DNA from: Ruminococcus sp.
Lineage (GTDB): Bacteria; Bacillota; Clostridia; Oscillospirales; Ruminococcaceae
Reading direction: 5' to 3'
DNA: 64,000 nt
Assembly (NCBI GenBank): GCA_015066805.1
Contig: SVNP01000003.1
Coordinates: 57,860 to 121,859, forward strand
The stretch's first letter is position 1, and the number at the start of each line of letters is the position of its first letter. The notes under the pieces were generated by a model. That model saw only the letters and a list, made by a program, of their open reading frames with translations. It was not told the DNA's origin and ran no database searches. Positions 10,266 to 19,088 of this stretch are shown here, one piece after another. A program made the translations under genes and the position numbers.

Positions 10266-13200
10266 TTACTGCTTCTTGATAGAAACGGTAATATCGCCAT
10301 TAGCGGTCTGAACAGTGACAGTAGCTTCGGGCGTGTCGATCTCGGCAAGGGTACCCAGTGTTTCACCGCAGATGTAGTCCACATAAGCAGCAGGGTAATC
10401 GCCATTCATCTGAATAAGAATGCGATCGGAGATCTCACAGCCGCTCTGCTTACGGGCATCCTGAATGTTACGCACCAGCTCACGGGCAACGCCCTCGGCC
10501 TTCAGCTCCTCGGTAATGGTCAGGTCCAGAGAAACCACCACACCATGCTCACTCATGATATGACCGCCATCCTTTGCCTGATAGGTCACAAGGATCACAT
10601 CGGCATCAAAGGCCTCCTCGGAGCCGTCAATGGTGAGGTAAGCGGTATCGCCTGCCAGACGGAAGGCACCGGTCTTAATGGCCTTGATCAGCACGGGAAT
10701 ACGGTCGCCGTACAGATTACGGATGGTATTGAAGTTGGGGGCATACTGCACACTGGCAATGGCAGCCACATCCTCCACCACCTCAACGGTCTTCACGTTC
10801 AGCTCCTCAGCAATGACATCGGCAAAGCGGCTGACGGTCTCGGTCTGCTCCTTGGCAGCCAGTGCCACACGCAGCACGCTCAGGGGCTGACGGTTCTTCA
10901 CACGGTTTTTGCTGCGGATGGAACGGCCCAGAGAAATGACATTCTGCACCAGAGCGATCTGGGAGAGCAGCTCATCATCGGTGTAATTCTCGGGGATCTC
11001 AGGCCACTGTGCCAGATGGACGGATTCTTCACCGGTGAGGTTGCGGTACAGATACTCGGAGAGCAGCGGTGCCACAGGAGCCATCAGACGGCAGGTGTTT
11101 ACCAGCACATACAGCAGGGTATCGTAGGCGTTTTTCTTATCGGCGGTCATTTCGCTGCCCCAGAAGCGTCTGCGGCTGCGGCGGATATACCAGTTGGTCA
11201 GGCCATCCACCAAAGCGATAAGAGCATCTACATAATGGTTCACCTGATAATCGTTCATATTATCGGTGATGGTCTTCTGGGTATGGCGCAGCAGAGCCAG
11301 CATCCAGCGGTCAAGCTGATTGTCGGAATCGGGGGTGGGAACCGCATCGGGGCCGTAGCCGTCAATGTTTGCATAGGAGATGTAGAAGTTGCAGGCATTC
11401 CAGAAGGGCAGCAGCACCTGCTGCAGTGCCTCCTGAATACCGCCCTCATCAAACTGCAGGTCACCAATGAGCATTGCATTGGATTGATACATATACAGAC
11501 GGAAGGCATCGGTGCCGTATTTCTTCATCAGATCCATGGGATCGGTATAGTTTTTGCTGGATTTGGAGAGCTTCTTGCCATCCTTTGCCAGAACGGTACC
11601 ATGCACTACGCAGTTGGAGAACGCAGGGCGGTCAAACAAAGCGGTAGCCAGCACATGGAGATAGTAGAACCAGCAGCGGATCTGACCGGTATACTCCACC
11701 ACGAAATCGCTGGGGAAGTGGGACTCAAACCACTCCTTGTTCTCAAAGGGATAGTGCTTCTGTGCAAAGGGCACGCAGCCGCTTTCAAACCAGCAGTCCA
11801 GCACCTCGGGAATACGGTGCATGGTGTGACCGCACTTGCAGGGGAAGCTGACCTCATCCACATACTGACGGTGCAGGTTATCCAGTCGTACACCGCTTGC
11901 GGCCTCGATCTCATCAATGCTGCCCAGCACCACACGCTCATGGCACTCATCGCACTCCCAGATGGGAATGGGGGTGCTCCAGTAGCGGTTGCGGGAGATA
12001 TTCCAGTCACGAGCGTTCTCCAGCCATTTGCCGAAGCGGCCGTTCTTGACCGTATCGGGCACCCAATGTACCTCCTGATTCAGCTCGATGAGGCGATCCT
12101 TGATCTTGCCGATATCGAAGTACCATGCATTCATGGCCTTGTAGATCAGGGGCTGCTTGCAGCGCCAGCAGTGGGGGTAGTTATGCTCGATGGTACCATC
12201 GGCAACGGCCTTGCCCTGTGCATACAGGAAGCGGATGACGGTGGGATTCATCTCGATGACATTCTTTGCATTTTCCGCCTCGTAGAAGTCGGTGACTTCC
12301 TCGGTAAAGCGGCCCTTGGCATCCACAGGATTGATCAGCGGAATGCCGTGCTTTTTGCAGGTCCAGTAGTCGTCCTCACCGAAAGCGGGAGCAGTATGTA
12401 CGATACCCACACCTTCGTCAGCACCGACATAATCGGCAGTGACCACACGGAAGGCACCCTTTTCCTTCAGCTCTGCAAAGTAGGGGAACAGCGGCTCGTA
12501 GGTCATGCCCACCAGCTCTGCGCCCTTGGCTTCCTTGACGATGACAGGCTCTGCGCCGAAGATCTTGTCATAGCGGGGCAGTACGGTCTTGCAGGCAATG
12601 AGGATCTCCTCGCCCACATCCACAAAAGCGTAATCCAGAGCCTCGCCCACAGCCAGACACAGGTTGGAGGGCAGAGTCCAGGGGGTGGTAGTCCAGGCCA
12701 GGAAGAACACGGGCTTGCCGTTGATGCACTCCTCGGTCTTGAACTTGGTAATGATCCAGCGATCCTGACGGGGACGGGTGGAATCGGACTCTCTGGTATC
12801 GGAAATGGAGAGAGAGGTCTCGCAGCGATAGCAGTAGGGGGTCACACGGTAATCCTGATAGATCAGACCCTGCTCATAGCACTGCTTGAAGGCCCACATA
12901 ACAGACTCCATGTAGGAGAGGTTCATGGTCTTGTATGCGCCTTCGTAATCGACCCAGCGAGCCATCTGCTCCACATATTCTTTCCATGCCTCGTTGTTGC
13001 CGGAAACGATCTCATGGCAGGCATCATTGAACTTACCGATGCCGATGCTGCGCTCGATCTCATTTTTATCGGTGATTCCCAAAGCCTTTTCGGCCTGGGT
13101 CTCAATGGGCAGACCGTGGCAGTCCCAGCCCCATACACGGGGAACGGAATAACCGCGCATGGTCCAGTAACGTGCGATCATATCCTTGATGAAGGAAACC

Positions 13201-13379
13201 AGCACAGTACCGTGGTGCGGCTTACCGGTGGGGAAAGGAGGGCCGTCGTAGAAAACGACTTCATTTTCTTTGTGCTGATGCACAGAACGCTCGAATACAT
13301 TGTTTTCACGCCAGAAGCGGAGCATATCCTCCTGGATCTGCGGCAGATCGGGCTTACCGGCAATGGGCTGATATTTCAT
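10266..13379 (-). CDS. ileS: Isoleucine--tRNA ligase, long (type 2, eukaryote-like) form
   Basis: The protein is 1037 aa with class I motifs PHHGTVL and KLSKSSKN. It has the WCISR-like WNISRNRYW and an editing-domain-length insertion. Confidence 0.9.
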   Translation of the reverse strand: MKYQPIAGKPDLPQIQEDMLRFWRENNVFERSVHQHKENEVVFYDGPPFPTGKPHHGTVLVSFIKDMIARYWTMRGYSVPRVWGWDCHGLPIETQAEKALGITDKNEIERSIGIGKFNDACHEIVSGNNEAWKEYVEQMARWVDYEGAYKTMNLSYMESVMWAFKQCYEQGLIYQDYRVTPYCYRCETSLSISDTRESDSTRPRQDRWIITKFKTEECINGKPVFFLAWTTTPWTLPSNLCLAVGEALDYAFVDVGEEILIACKTVLPRYDKIFGAEPVIVKEAKGAELVGMTYEPLFPYFAELKEKGAFRVVTADYVGADEGVGIVHTAPAFGEDDYWTCKKHGIPLINPVDAKGRFTEEVTDFYEAENAKNVIEMNPTVIRFLYAQGKAVADGTIEHNYPHCWRCKQPLIYKAMNAWYFDIGKIKDRLIELNQEVHWVPDTVKNGRFGKWLENARDWNISRNRYWSTPIPIWECDECHERVVLGSIDEIEAASGVRLDNLHRQYVDEVSFPCKCGHTMHRIPEVLDCWFESGCVPFAQKHYPFENKEWFESHFPSDFVVEYTGQIRCWFYYLHVLATALFDRPAFSNCVVHGTVLAKDGKKLSKSSKNYTDPMDLMKKYGTDAFRLYMYQSNAMLIGDLQFDEGGIQEALQQVLLPFWNACNFYISYANIDGYGPDAVPTPDSDNQLDRWMLALLRHTQKTITDNMNDYQVNHYVDALIALVDGLTNWYIRRSRRRFWGSEMTADKKNAYDTLLYVLVNTCRLMAPVAPLLSEYLYRNLTGEESVHLAQWPEIPENYTDDELLSQIALVQNVISLGRSIRSKNRVKNRQPLSVLRVALAAKEQTETVSRFADVIAEELNVKTVEVVEDVAAIASVQYAPNFNTIRNLYGDRIPVLIKAIKTGAFRLAGDTAYLTIDGSEEAFDADVILVTYQAKDGGHIMSEHGVVVSLDLTITEELKAEGVARELVRNIQDARKQSGCEISDRILIQMNGDYPAAYVDYICGETLGTLAEIDTPEATVTVQTANGDITVSIKKQ

Positions 13380-13440
13380 AGCGGTGATACATCCTTTCTG
13401 TAATTCGATGCCATCCGAAAAAATGGCAACAATTCATAAT

Positions 13441-13469
13441 ATTATAGCATATTCCGCAGAAAATGTCAA
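13441..13469 (-). promoter_or_regulatory. Sigma-A-type promoter for ileS
   Basis: TTGACA-17 nt-TATAAT on the minus strand, about 60 nt upstream of the ileS ATG. Confidence 0.65.
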
Positions 13470-13493
13470 GGCACAGCCAAGGTATGCGGGGGA

Positions 13494-13973
13494 TTATTCT
13501 GCCTCCAGCATTTGTTCCATGGTCGTTTTCAGAACAGAGAAGCCGTTTTTATCATAAAAAGCACGGGCGGAGGGGTTGCATTCCCAGACATTCAGGGTCA
13601 TTCTGCGGCAGCCGATGGATACCGCATAGGCACGGACATATTCCAGCAAAGCCTTGCCGATATGCTGCCCCCGCATGGTTTCTTCCACGCAAAGGTCATC
13701 AATGTAAAGGGATTTGTCATCCATCAGCAGCGGGTGATCTTTGATTTCTTCTATGACACAGAAGGCATAGCCCAGCAGGTAGTTATCATCATTTACGGCA
13801 ACGAAAACGGGGGTATCGGGGTTGTTCAGGATCTCCTGCAAGCGGGAATCGTTGTATTTTTTTGCGCCCTTGCGGAAGATATCGGGGCGGCCGTTGGAAT
13901 GCACAGCGGCTACCTGATAGAGAAGACGGTAGATGCCATCGGCATCCCTGAGAGCAGCGAAGCGAATATTCAT
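13494..13973 (-). CDS. GNAT-family N-acetyltransferase
   Basis: The acetyl-CoA binding motif is RGQHIGKALL and the C-terminus is NPSARAFYDKNGF. The start is at MNIRF (13973). Confidence 0.75.
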   Translation of the reverse strand: MNIRFAALRDADGIYRLLYQVAAVHSNGRPDIFRKGAKKYNDSRLQEILNNPDTPVFVAVNDDNYLLGYAFCVIEEIKDHPLLMDDKSLYIDDLCVEETMRGQHIGKALLEYVRAYAVSIGCRRMTLNVWECNPSARAFYDKNGFSVLKTTMEQMLEAE

Positions 13974-14078
13974 GGCAAAGGATCCTTTCGGTTGGTGGTC
14001 AAGGGAGGAGGAGCCGTGCTTTTTCGGGAAAAGCAGACAGGGCGTTGGGGCAGAAGCGCATTTACAAGAAAACGGAAC

Positions 14079-14103
14079 GGGGACGAACTGCTGTCCGTCC
14101 CCC
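14079..14103 (-). terminator. Terminator-like hairpin after the aquaporin gene
   Basis: Stem GGGGACG/CGTCCCC with a short interrupted T-tract on the minus strand. Confidence 0.5.
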
Positions 14104-14118
14104 AAAAATCCAAAATTC

Positions 14119-14829
14119 TTACTTGGCTGCTTTTTCGGTTTCCATCCAGCGGTACAGCACTGCTGCCAGCGCAGCACCTACCAGAGGGCCGACAATAAAT
14201 ACCCACAAGGAACCCATGGGATCCGTGTTGCCATTGATGGCTGCCACGATTGCAGGACCGATGCTTCTTGCAGGGTTTACGGATGTACCGGTCAGACCAA
14301 TGCCCAGAATATGTACCAGCACCAGAGTGAAGCCGATGATCAATCCGCCGAAGGAACCATGGTTTGCCTTCTTGGAGGTCACACCCAGAATGGTCAGTAC
14401 AAACAGGAAGGTCAGCAGTACTTCTACCAGCAGGCCAGCCACGGCATTGCCGTTCACACCTGCCAGACCATTGGTGCCGTAGCCGCCGGTCATATCCTTG
14501 ACATCGCCCAGGCTGAAGATCGCAGCAGTCAGACCGGAGCCTGCCAGTGCGCCCAGACATTGTGCAACAACATAACCGATGAAATCCGTTACGGACATAC
14601 CGCCGCTGAGCAGTACACCCAGGGAAACAGCCGGGTTGATATGGCAGCCGGAAATATTACCCACACAATATGCCATACCAACAATGGTCAGACCAAAGGC
14701 AAAGGCAGTCAGAATGTAGCCGCAGCCGGCGGCGGCATTACAGCCCACCAGCATAGCCGTACCGCATCCCAGCAGCACCAGTGCCATTGTGCCGATGAAC
14801 TCGGCAACATACTTTTTGATTGCGCCCAT
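14119..14829 (-). CDS. MIP-family channel, aquaporin Z-like
   Basis: Two NPA boxes (HINPAVSLG, NPARSIGPA) and six hydrophobic helices are present. ATG 14829 has a GGAGG RBS. Confidence 0.85.
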   Translation of the reverse strand: MGAIKKYVAEFIGTMALVLLGCGTAMLVGCNAAAGCGYILTAFAFGLTIVGMAYCVGNISGCHINPAVSLGVLLSGGMSVTDFIGYVVAQCLGALAGSGLTAAIFSLGDVKDMTGGYGTNGLAGVNGNAVAGLLVEVLLTFLFVLTILGVTSKKANHGSFGGLIIGFTLVLVHILGIGLTGTSVNPARSIGPAIVAAINGNTDPMGSLWVFIVGPLVGAALAAVLYRWMETEKAAK

Positions 14830-14886
14830 AAATAAAGAATCCTCCTTTTCCAAAATATATCGCAGCCTTTGGCTTACGATATTGTT

Positions 14887-14915
14887 ATGATACCATAATC
14901 TGCACAATTTGTCAA
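14887..14915 (-). promoter_or_regulatory. Sigma-A-type promoter for the aquaporin gene
   Basis: TTGACA-17 nt-TATCAT on the minus strand, beginning about 40 nt after the last phage-module stop. Confidence 0.6.
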
Positions 14916-14956
14916 GGAGTTTCGACAGGAAAATAGGCGAAAAAGCGAGAAGATTC

Positions 14957-15874
14957 TCATTGGAAGGGGTCGTAATAATAGTGGATCACCGTTCGCAATC
15001 CATGCTGCCCGCCATATAGCTCGATCCTGCCGACCTCGCCGTAAGCAAAGCCCGTTGCGGTTACAATATCGCCGAGGTCCTCTCCGCCATAGCCCAGATA
15101 TTCCACATATTCGCTCCGCATTTTCTCCATACTATGGCGGATGCGGAATTCCGTTGCCTTGATGGGATCGGAAAGATATTGCCTATCCAGCAGGATCTGT
15201 TTGATGCGTGTGATCTCACAGGCAGCGGCATCCGGGTTTGTTGAGGAATACACACCGTATTCGCCGGAAGCATCTGCCATATCCACACGGCTGACCATAC
15301 GAGTGAGATCGGCACATTCTCCCTTGCGGATGACCTTGCTTGCAGGTACGGTAAACTGAGCGGGAGATTCTTTTTTGGTTACACGGATGTGATTGGGTAC
15401 CGTAACATAAGGTGTGCCGCCGTTGAGCAGAAAGGTGTAATGCCGCAGCATCTCCCACATAGAGGTCTGATCCTTGACATACATATAGCGGCTTTCCGCC
15501 ACGCCCTGTTCATATGTGACATGGGGCAGCTCGTACAGCGTCATCAGTGTATCCAGCGTAGCAGAGGTATAAATACCGGGCTTTGGCTGATTGTGCAGCA
15601 GTGCAGCGGAATACCCCTTGGAAACCACGGTAACAAAGCGGGTACTGTCTTGCAGCTCGGAGGAAAACTGTTCAATGATGCCCTCATGAAGCAGTACCCC
15701 ATCCAGATAAAACTGTGCCTTGCAGGGGTAATTATACAGATTGCGCTGTGCAATGCATTTTGCACGCAATATGGAATAGGGCAGATATCGGTCGCGGATC
15801 AGGGAAAAGGAGATACATTGGGTCAGCTCCACCGTAGTAGTACCACGGCGGCTGATGATCAGCTTGCAATCCAT
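14957..15874 (-). CDS. Phage-module protein of unknown function (305 aa), last gene of the module
   Basis: ATG 15874 lies 7 nt after an AAGGAG and the gene is co-directional with the head genes. No motif was recognised. Confidence 0.55.
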   Translation of the reverse strand: MDCKLIISRRGTTTVELTQCISFSLIRDRYLPYSILRAKCIAQRNLYNYPCKAQFYLDGVLLHEGIIEQFSSELQDSTRFVTVVSKGYSAALLHNQPKPGIYTSATLDTLMTLYELPHVTYEQGVAESRYMYVKDQTSMWEMLRHYTFLLNGGTPYVTVPNHIRVTKKESPAQFTVPASKVIRKGECADLTRMVSRVDMADASGEYGVYSSTNPDAAACEITRIKQILLDRQYLSDPIKATEFRIRHSMEKMRSEYVEYLGYGGEDLGDIVTATGFAYGEVGRIELYGGQHGLRTVIHYYYDPFQ

Positions 15875-15887
15875 AGAGCAGCTCCTT

Positions 15888-16283
15888 TCAGACATCGGCA
15901 GGGTCGGCAGCCGTACCGAAAAACACCAGCCTGCCCTTGCAGAACACAGCACCATCCTGTGTGTGGAAGGAAAAGGCAGTGAGCTTCATCTCGGAAAAAT
16001 CGGTTTCGGCCAGAGAAAAAGCAAAAGCGGTCTTGTTCTTCAGGGCAGCCCGCAGAACCGAAAGCAGCTCACCGCCCGCAGCCGCAGGCACCCGGAACCG
16101 CAGCTCCAGATGACAAGGCTTTTTGCCCAGAGGAATGGGATTCCAGCTTCCGTCCCACATCCGCAAAGACTCGTAGGGGCGTTCTTCCTCCATGGTAAAG
16201 CCATCGGGGAACAGTGTTACGGTACCCAGCGTAATGCTGTGGGTCATGCAGTTAAGATCCGCAGAAAGCGTATCAAGGGACAT
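15888..16283 (-). CDS. Phage-module protein of unknown function (131 aa)
   Basis: ATG 16283 follows a GAGGAGG RBS and overlaps the upstream gene's stop by 11 nt. The longer track ORF (to 16613) overlaps the neighbouring gene and looks spurious. Confidence 0.5.
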   Translation of the reverse strand: MSLDTLSADLNCMTHSITLGTVTLFPDGFTMEEERPYESLRMWDGSWNPIPLGKKPCHLELRFRVPAAAGGELLSVLRAALKNKTAFAFSLAETDFSEMKLTAFSFHTQDGAVFCKGRLVFFGTAADPADV

Positions 16284-16710
16284 TTTCAGGCACCTCCTCA
16301 TCAGCAGAAAAATGCAGTATGCCGCTTGCACGCAGCACAACAGGCACACAAAGACGGTCAAGACGGTTTTCATAACGGAGCTCCTGTACGGAAAGCTCCT
16401 GCACCTGCCAGCCCAGAGAAAAAACAGCAGGCAGGAGTATTTCGGCAGCGGCACGGTGCAGCAAAGCAGCCTCCCGATGGGGCGGCAGATACAATCGGAG
16501 CTGCAAGGAAAATACCGCAGGCACCGCCAGAGCATCTCCAAGGGGTATGGGTGCCTCCATGCGGATATCCAAGGGAGCCGCCACAGCGAACAGGGCATCT
16601 CCCCGTTCTCCAAGAGGTGTGTCGGGGAATCCGGTGCAGCAGGGGAGCCCCTTTTCGGTCAGTGCCTGTACCAGTTGCTCCGTTGGAGTAATCGTTTGTG
16701 CCATAGGCAT
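16273..16710 (-). CDS. Phage-module protein of unknown function (145 aa), possibly a neck/head-completion protein
   Basis: An AAGGAGG RBS lies 6 nt before ATG 16710. Its position after the connector gene suggests a neck role; the function is inferred from gene order only. Confidence 0.5.
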   Translation of the reverse strand: MPMAQTITPTEQLVQALTEKGLPCCTGFPDTPLGERGDALFAVAAPLDIRMEAPIPLGDALAVPAVFSLQLRLYLPPHREAALLHRAAAEILLPAVFSLGWQVQELSVQELRYENRLDRLCVPVVLRASGILHFSADEEVPENVP

Positions 16711-16722
16711 CGGGCACCTCCT

Positions 16723-17079
16723 TTAACCAATGCCTGTCAGCAGCAACCGACGGTCTGTCAGCAGATCGGCAGCAGCAGCGTGATATTCCTGTACCAGACG
16801 CTCCGCAAAGCTGCAGGGCAGAGCGGCATCATGAGAGCGTGCCACCGTGCCTGCGTAGGTGTGAGAAACACCGCAGCGGGCAGCCTGCATCTGTACATAG
16901 CGGAGATTGGCAAGTGCCGCACAAAAATAGCACAGGCGGAGATCGGAAGCATCGGCACCGGGCCGCAGCATACTCATACATTGGGCAGCAGCGGCATCCA
17001 GCAGGGGGGTATAGGGTTCGGCATCGGGGAGCATGGCAAACAGACAAAACAGCTTGCGGCATTGTTCCATATCTATCAT
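16723..17079 (-). CDS. Putative head-tail connector (gp6-like) protein
   Basis: The protein is 118 aa and helical, placed directly after the protease/scaffold gene with a 4-nt overlap. It shows weak similarity by eye to gp6-like connector proteins. Confidence 0.45.
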   Translation of the reverse strand: MIDMEQCRKLFCLFAMLPDAEPYTPLLDAAAAQCMSMLRPGADASDLRLCYFCAALANLRYVQMQAARCGVSHTYAGTVARSHDAALPCSFAERLVQEYHAAAADLLTDRRLLLTGIG

Positions 17080-17975
17080 GCGCGATCACGCTCCCGTGCC
17101 TTTTTTCCCAAACGGAAGGGGGTCATATCACCGGCAGGAGAAGCGGTGTGTTCGGTATCTGCGGAAAGCTGGGGGGTGCTGTGGGCTTTTCCGATTTCCA
17201 AAGCATGGCGCAGGTGCAGCAAACCGTCGGCATCCAGATGCAGAGTGCTGTCTGCCAGTGCTTTGGCGCAGAGCGTTTCACCTTCGGCATAGCAAAGGCG
17301 CACCACCTGCTTCCGCAGATCCTCCGTGAGGGCATCCAGCGTGCGGTGTGCGGCATCCAAAGCGGAGCGCAGTGCAAGGGTCTCACCATTGGCGGAGCCA
17401 CCCATACGCTTGGTAACACCTGCGTTTTTCTGGGCAGGCACCGCAACAAAGCTCCATTCGTAGGCATCGGTGATGCCATCCAGCACGCAATAGCAAAGGG
17501 CATCGGCATACCGTCTGCCCTGAATATGACCGCAGGGCTTTTGCAGGCGGTTGGTACCGCAGATGGAACAGACACGGGAGGAGGCGGCACAGGAGATGCT
17601 GACTTCCTTTTTAATGCCGCCGTCGATCTCACGGATGAGGTCTGCATTCTGCTGTGTGCGAACCATATACGCCGCCGCCTTAAGATAACGGTAGGGCTTG
17701 CCGTAAGCCGTGGTGCGGGCGGTATCGGTACAGATCTCCGTATCAAAAATACGGGCTGTCTGATTGCCGCAGCGGGGATCGTGATCAAAAATGCCTGTTA
17801 CGCCGATGAAGCGTTTTTGCAGGGCAGCCAGGGCAGCCTCGGAAAAGCAGTCGCCGTCTCTGTCGATATCGTTATCGCAGAGGATGAGATCAAACAGGTA
17901 GACCTCATCGGCAGTGTGCTTTCTGCGGGTAAACCGGTTCAGCTTTTCAAGCTGACGGGTCAGTTGCTCAGACAT
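17076..17975 (-). CDS. Prohead serine protease (S78-like) fused to a C-terminal scaffold-like helical region
   Basis: S78-like blocks are present: DRDGDCFSEAAL, GIFDHD, EVSIS, EWSFVAVPAQKNAGV. The long C-terminus is Ala/Leu-rich and helical. ATG 17975 lies 7 nt after a GGAG; the track start 17981 is a TTG. Confidence 0.65.
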   Translation of the reverse strand: MSEQLTRQLEKLNRFTRRKHTADEVYLFDLILCDNDIDRDGDCFSEAALAALQKRFIGVTGIFDHDPRCGNQTARIFDTEICTDTARTTAYGKPYRYLKAAAYMVRTQQNADLIREIDGGIKKEVSISCAASSRVCSICGTNRLQKPCGHIQGRRYADALCYCVLDGITDAYEWSFVAVPAQKNAGVTKRMGGSANGETLALRSALDAAHRTLDALTEDLRKQVVRLCYAEGETLCAKALADSTLHLDADGLLHLRHALEIGKAHSTPQLSADTEHTASPAGDMTPFRLGKKARERDRA

Positions 17976-18041
17976 ATACAAGCTCCTTTCGGGTAAAATG
18001 GGAAGATTTCACGGTTGTCGGTTTGGGGAAAACGGTCAGTG

Positions 18042-18070
18042 GGGCAATGCAGCATTGTGCCGCATTGCCC
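18042..18070 (-). other. Perfect 9-bp hairpin directly after the capsid gene
   Basis: Stem GGGCAATGC/GCATTGCCC with an 11-nt loop, in the 138-nt capsid-to-protease gap. Confidence 0.6.
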
Positions 18071-18113
18071 ATGCCGTCCGCAACTGCCGTGCAGCAGCCG
18101 CAGCAGGGAAAGA

Positions 18114-19088
18114 TCATGCCCAGTGCAGTACCGCAGCGGCACCGTTCATCAGGGGAAGGAAGCCCACACGGACAGAAACCGCAATGCGATCCAACTGACA
18201 GTGAATGAGCTGATCCGTCTCCAGCAGCACATCGGAGCCGGTAATGCACTCCAGTGCATAATCCTTGGAAATACCGATCATGGTGGTGTCATCCAGAGAG
18301 GCATCCTTGATGAGCTTTGCGCCAAAGGGCAGATACACACAGCCCTTGGCATCGGCACAGCGGTCAGACATCTGCTCCATGGCAAGAATGGCTGCCACAT
18401 TTTTGGGTGATGCCACTACGGTGGTCATGTCATAATCGGTAAACTGTCCGTACAGATTGGCCAGATCGGTATAGGAAAGGGTGGAGCCTACCAGACCGAT
18501 GGGCACAACGGAATTCTTCAGCTCAGAAAGTGCTTTTGCGGCAATGGCGGCTGCCAGCTTTCTGCCGATGGCACGCAGAGCCACCGCAAAGCTGTCCAGA
18601 CGCTGACGGCGCACGATCTCATAGGAGGCGGAGATCACTCTGCCGAACTTGTCCAGTGCAACAGGGGTGTCTGCCTCGGTAATGGCAGTGATCTTCATAT
18701 CATTGCCCTGTGCGGTCACCGCAGAATAGGCACCGTCGCTTTCATCCACCGTAAAGCCCTTGTAGCAGGTACCGTTTACGGCTGCCGTTGCTGCTACCAT
18801 TTCGGGGAGAATGGATTCCTCCATACCCTGCTTGATGGCACGGCGGACAAACTCGGGGAACAGCACGGCACTTTCGGTGGTGGTGAAGAACTTCTCCACG
18901 CAATCGCAGTCCGCACCGCTGATGCGGATATCAAAACGCTTCAGTTGACGCTCAAAGGCATCCAGAGCTGCCAGCGGTGTGCCGGCATAGGCCTCGGAAG
19001 GATCGGCGGCCTCCAGTGCCTGTGCAAATGTGGTGTTTGCCAGATGATACATACCTTTTTCCAGTTTAACAGAATCAAACATCTTCAT
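18114..19088 (-). CDS. Phage major capsid protein (HK97-fold type)
   Basis: The protein is 324 aa and sits between the portal and the protease. Its composition and length are typical of major capsid proteins. It overlaps the portal stop by 14 nt. Confidence 0.65.
   Translation of the reverse strand: MKMFDSVKLEKGMYHLANTTFAQALEAADPSEAYAGTPLAALDAFERQLKRFDIRISGADCDCVEKFFTTTESAVLFPEFVRRAIKQGMEESILPEMVAATAAVNGTCYKGFTVDESDGAYSAVTAQGNDMKITAITEADTPVALDKFGRVISASYEIVRRQRLDSFAVALRAIGRKLAAAIAAKALSELKNSVVPIGLVGSTLSYTDLANLYGQFTDYDMTTVVASPKNVAAILAMEQMSDRCADAKGCVYLPFGAKLIKDASLDDTTMIGISKDYALECITGSDVLLETDQLIHCQLDRIAVSVRVGFLPLMNGAAAVLHWA

Noticed and set aside
10545-13403. 952-aa ORF antisense to ileS
   Set aside because: It lies entirely within the unmistakable ileS coding region on the other strand, and its composition is typical of antisense frames.
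13380-13493. Possible T-box leader upstream of ileS
   Set aside because: Only about 55-60 nt separate the consensus promoter from the ATG. That is too short for a T-box, and I saw no specifier-loop or T-box sequence.
14830-14956. Attachment-site direct repeats or integrase remnants at the phage-module borders (also 22043-22384)
   Set aside because: By-eye comparison of the two flanks showed no shared direct repeat of useful length. No recombinase-like ORF is present on either side.
16370-16717. Alternative 115-aa frame overlapping the 145-aa phage-module gene
   Set aside because: It has a Gly/Ala/Arg/Pro-rich low-complexity translation. The 145-aa frame has the AAGGAGG RBS and a protein-like composition.
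17960-18249. Two small ORFs (60 and 93 aa) in or near the capsid-to-protease gap
   Set aside because: They are Cys/Gly-rich junk-like sequences that overlap the capsid 3' end and the hairpin and have no RBS. The gap is better explained by the hairpin.
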